From assembly GCA_054600435.1 (NCBI GenBank), contig BAAIJX010000067.1:62001-96005 (forward strand): a DNA stretch of 34,005 bases. The letters are read 5' to 3'. Position 1 is the first letter of the stretch, and each line of letters begins with the position of its first letter. The notes beneath the pieces are model-generated. The model was not told where the DNA came from. It searched no databases and saw only the letters and a program-made list of their open reading frames with translations. Below are positions 33,223 through 34,005 of the stretch, piece by piece. The DNA comes from Neophaeotheca triangularis (Eukaryota). The translations under genes and the position numbers were made by a program.

Positions 33223-33882
33223 TTATTATTAAGTACGAGCTATACTATAGGTAAGAGCGCTACCTAATTGTCCTAAGTATAGTTAACATAATGTCGCAAA
33301 TATGTTTTAAGGGATTAGTTTAAGTGTTCTATCTATTTATCGGTTTTAGGGTAAAATGCTATTAAAAGTTTGTGTTTCACTTCTATAGCTAATATTAAGG
33401 TCTTCTAGTAGTTAGATGTAAAGAGCTTGTCTCTATCTATAATTAGAACTATTAGAATACTATAGTATCGTACTAATCTGTCGAGAACAAGGTATCTAAG
33501 TTCTTCTATAGTGATCGTCTCGTTATAGGGAATAAAATGTGAATACTTCGTGAGTCTATTAACTATAACTAGAATTAAGATATAGTCCTTATTTGTCGAT
33601 AGGTCTTTAGATCTTAGTAGCTTAACGATAAAATCTATTATGACTTCGTTCTATAGTAGATCTAGTAGCTCCTAGAATTATAGGTTTCTATATTTAGTAT
33701 GTCTTAAAGCTTTATTCTATTAGTAGCTCATATATCTCTTAATGTATTCTAAGACCTTCTATCTTATTCTAGGGAACATAAAATTATGTCTAATGTGTTC
33801 TACTATTCTAGCGATTCCTAGATGTCTATTAGTAGGTCTATCGTAGTAGTCCTAGATGTACTAGTGTTCCTTCTTGTTTAGA

Positions 33883-34005
33883 GGGTAGGGTTAGGGTTAG
33901 GGTTAGGGTTAGGGTTAGGGTTAGGGTTAGGGTTAGGGTTAGGGTTAGGGTTAGGGTTAGGGTTAGGGTTAGGGTTAGGGTTAGGGTTAGGGTTAGGGTT
34001 AGGGT
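33883..34005 (+). repeat. Telomere (TTAGGG)n, chromosome end
   Basis: GGG-TAGGG followed by 19 perfect TTAGGG units to the end of the window, G-rich strand pointing outward. Confidence 0.98.

Larger units (their letters stand above)
24391..33882 (-). mobile_element. Outer (older) Ty3/gypsy chromovirus: 3' LTR, antisense ORF, chromodomain and integrase only; interrupted at 26077-33227 and truncated by the telomere
   Basis: Segments ~25470-26076 and 33228-33882 join into a contiguous, more heavily RIP-mutated copy of the inner element's 27150-28410 (integrase C-terminal part and chromodomain EEEAKYKVEKILD...YLVK*KGY). Confidence 0.93.

Overview
Right end of a filamentous-ascomycete chromosome (GT-AG introns, RIP signature; probably a Dothideomycete), ending in a (TTAGGG)n telomere. 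Bases 1-23.4 kb are gene-rich: a partial hypothetical CDS, gamma-tubulin, a low-complexity hypothetical protein, a GDPD/Pgc1-like phosphodiesterase, a large ankyrin-repeat protein, an MCH-type MFS transporter next to a Zn2Cys6 transcription factor, the glutamate-cysteine ligase regulatory subunit divergent from AP-1 sigma (APS1), and a divergent Maf1-like gene. Bases 24.4-33.9 kb hold two nested, RIP-mutated Ty3/gypsy chromoviruses. A complete 7146-bp element (421-bp LTRs, TTATT target-site duplication) sits inside the integrase of an older related element, and that older element is cut off by telomere repeats added directly onto its integrase sequence. Main observation: each element carries a ~200-codon ANTISENSE ORF between pol and the 3' LTR that, once RIP changes are reverted, encodes a Zn2Cys6-like cluster plus a coiled coil. 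The two elements share pol and R-U5 but have different antisense proteins and different, palindrome-rich U3 regions. This suggests an exchangeable 'own transcription factor + cognate U3' module.
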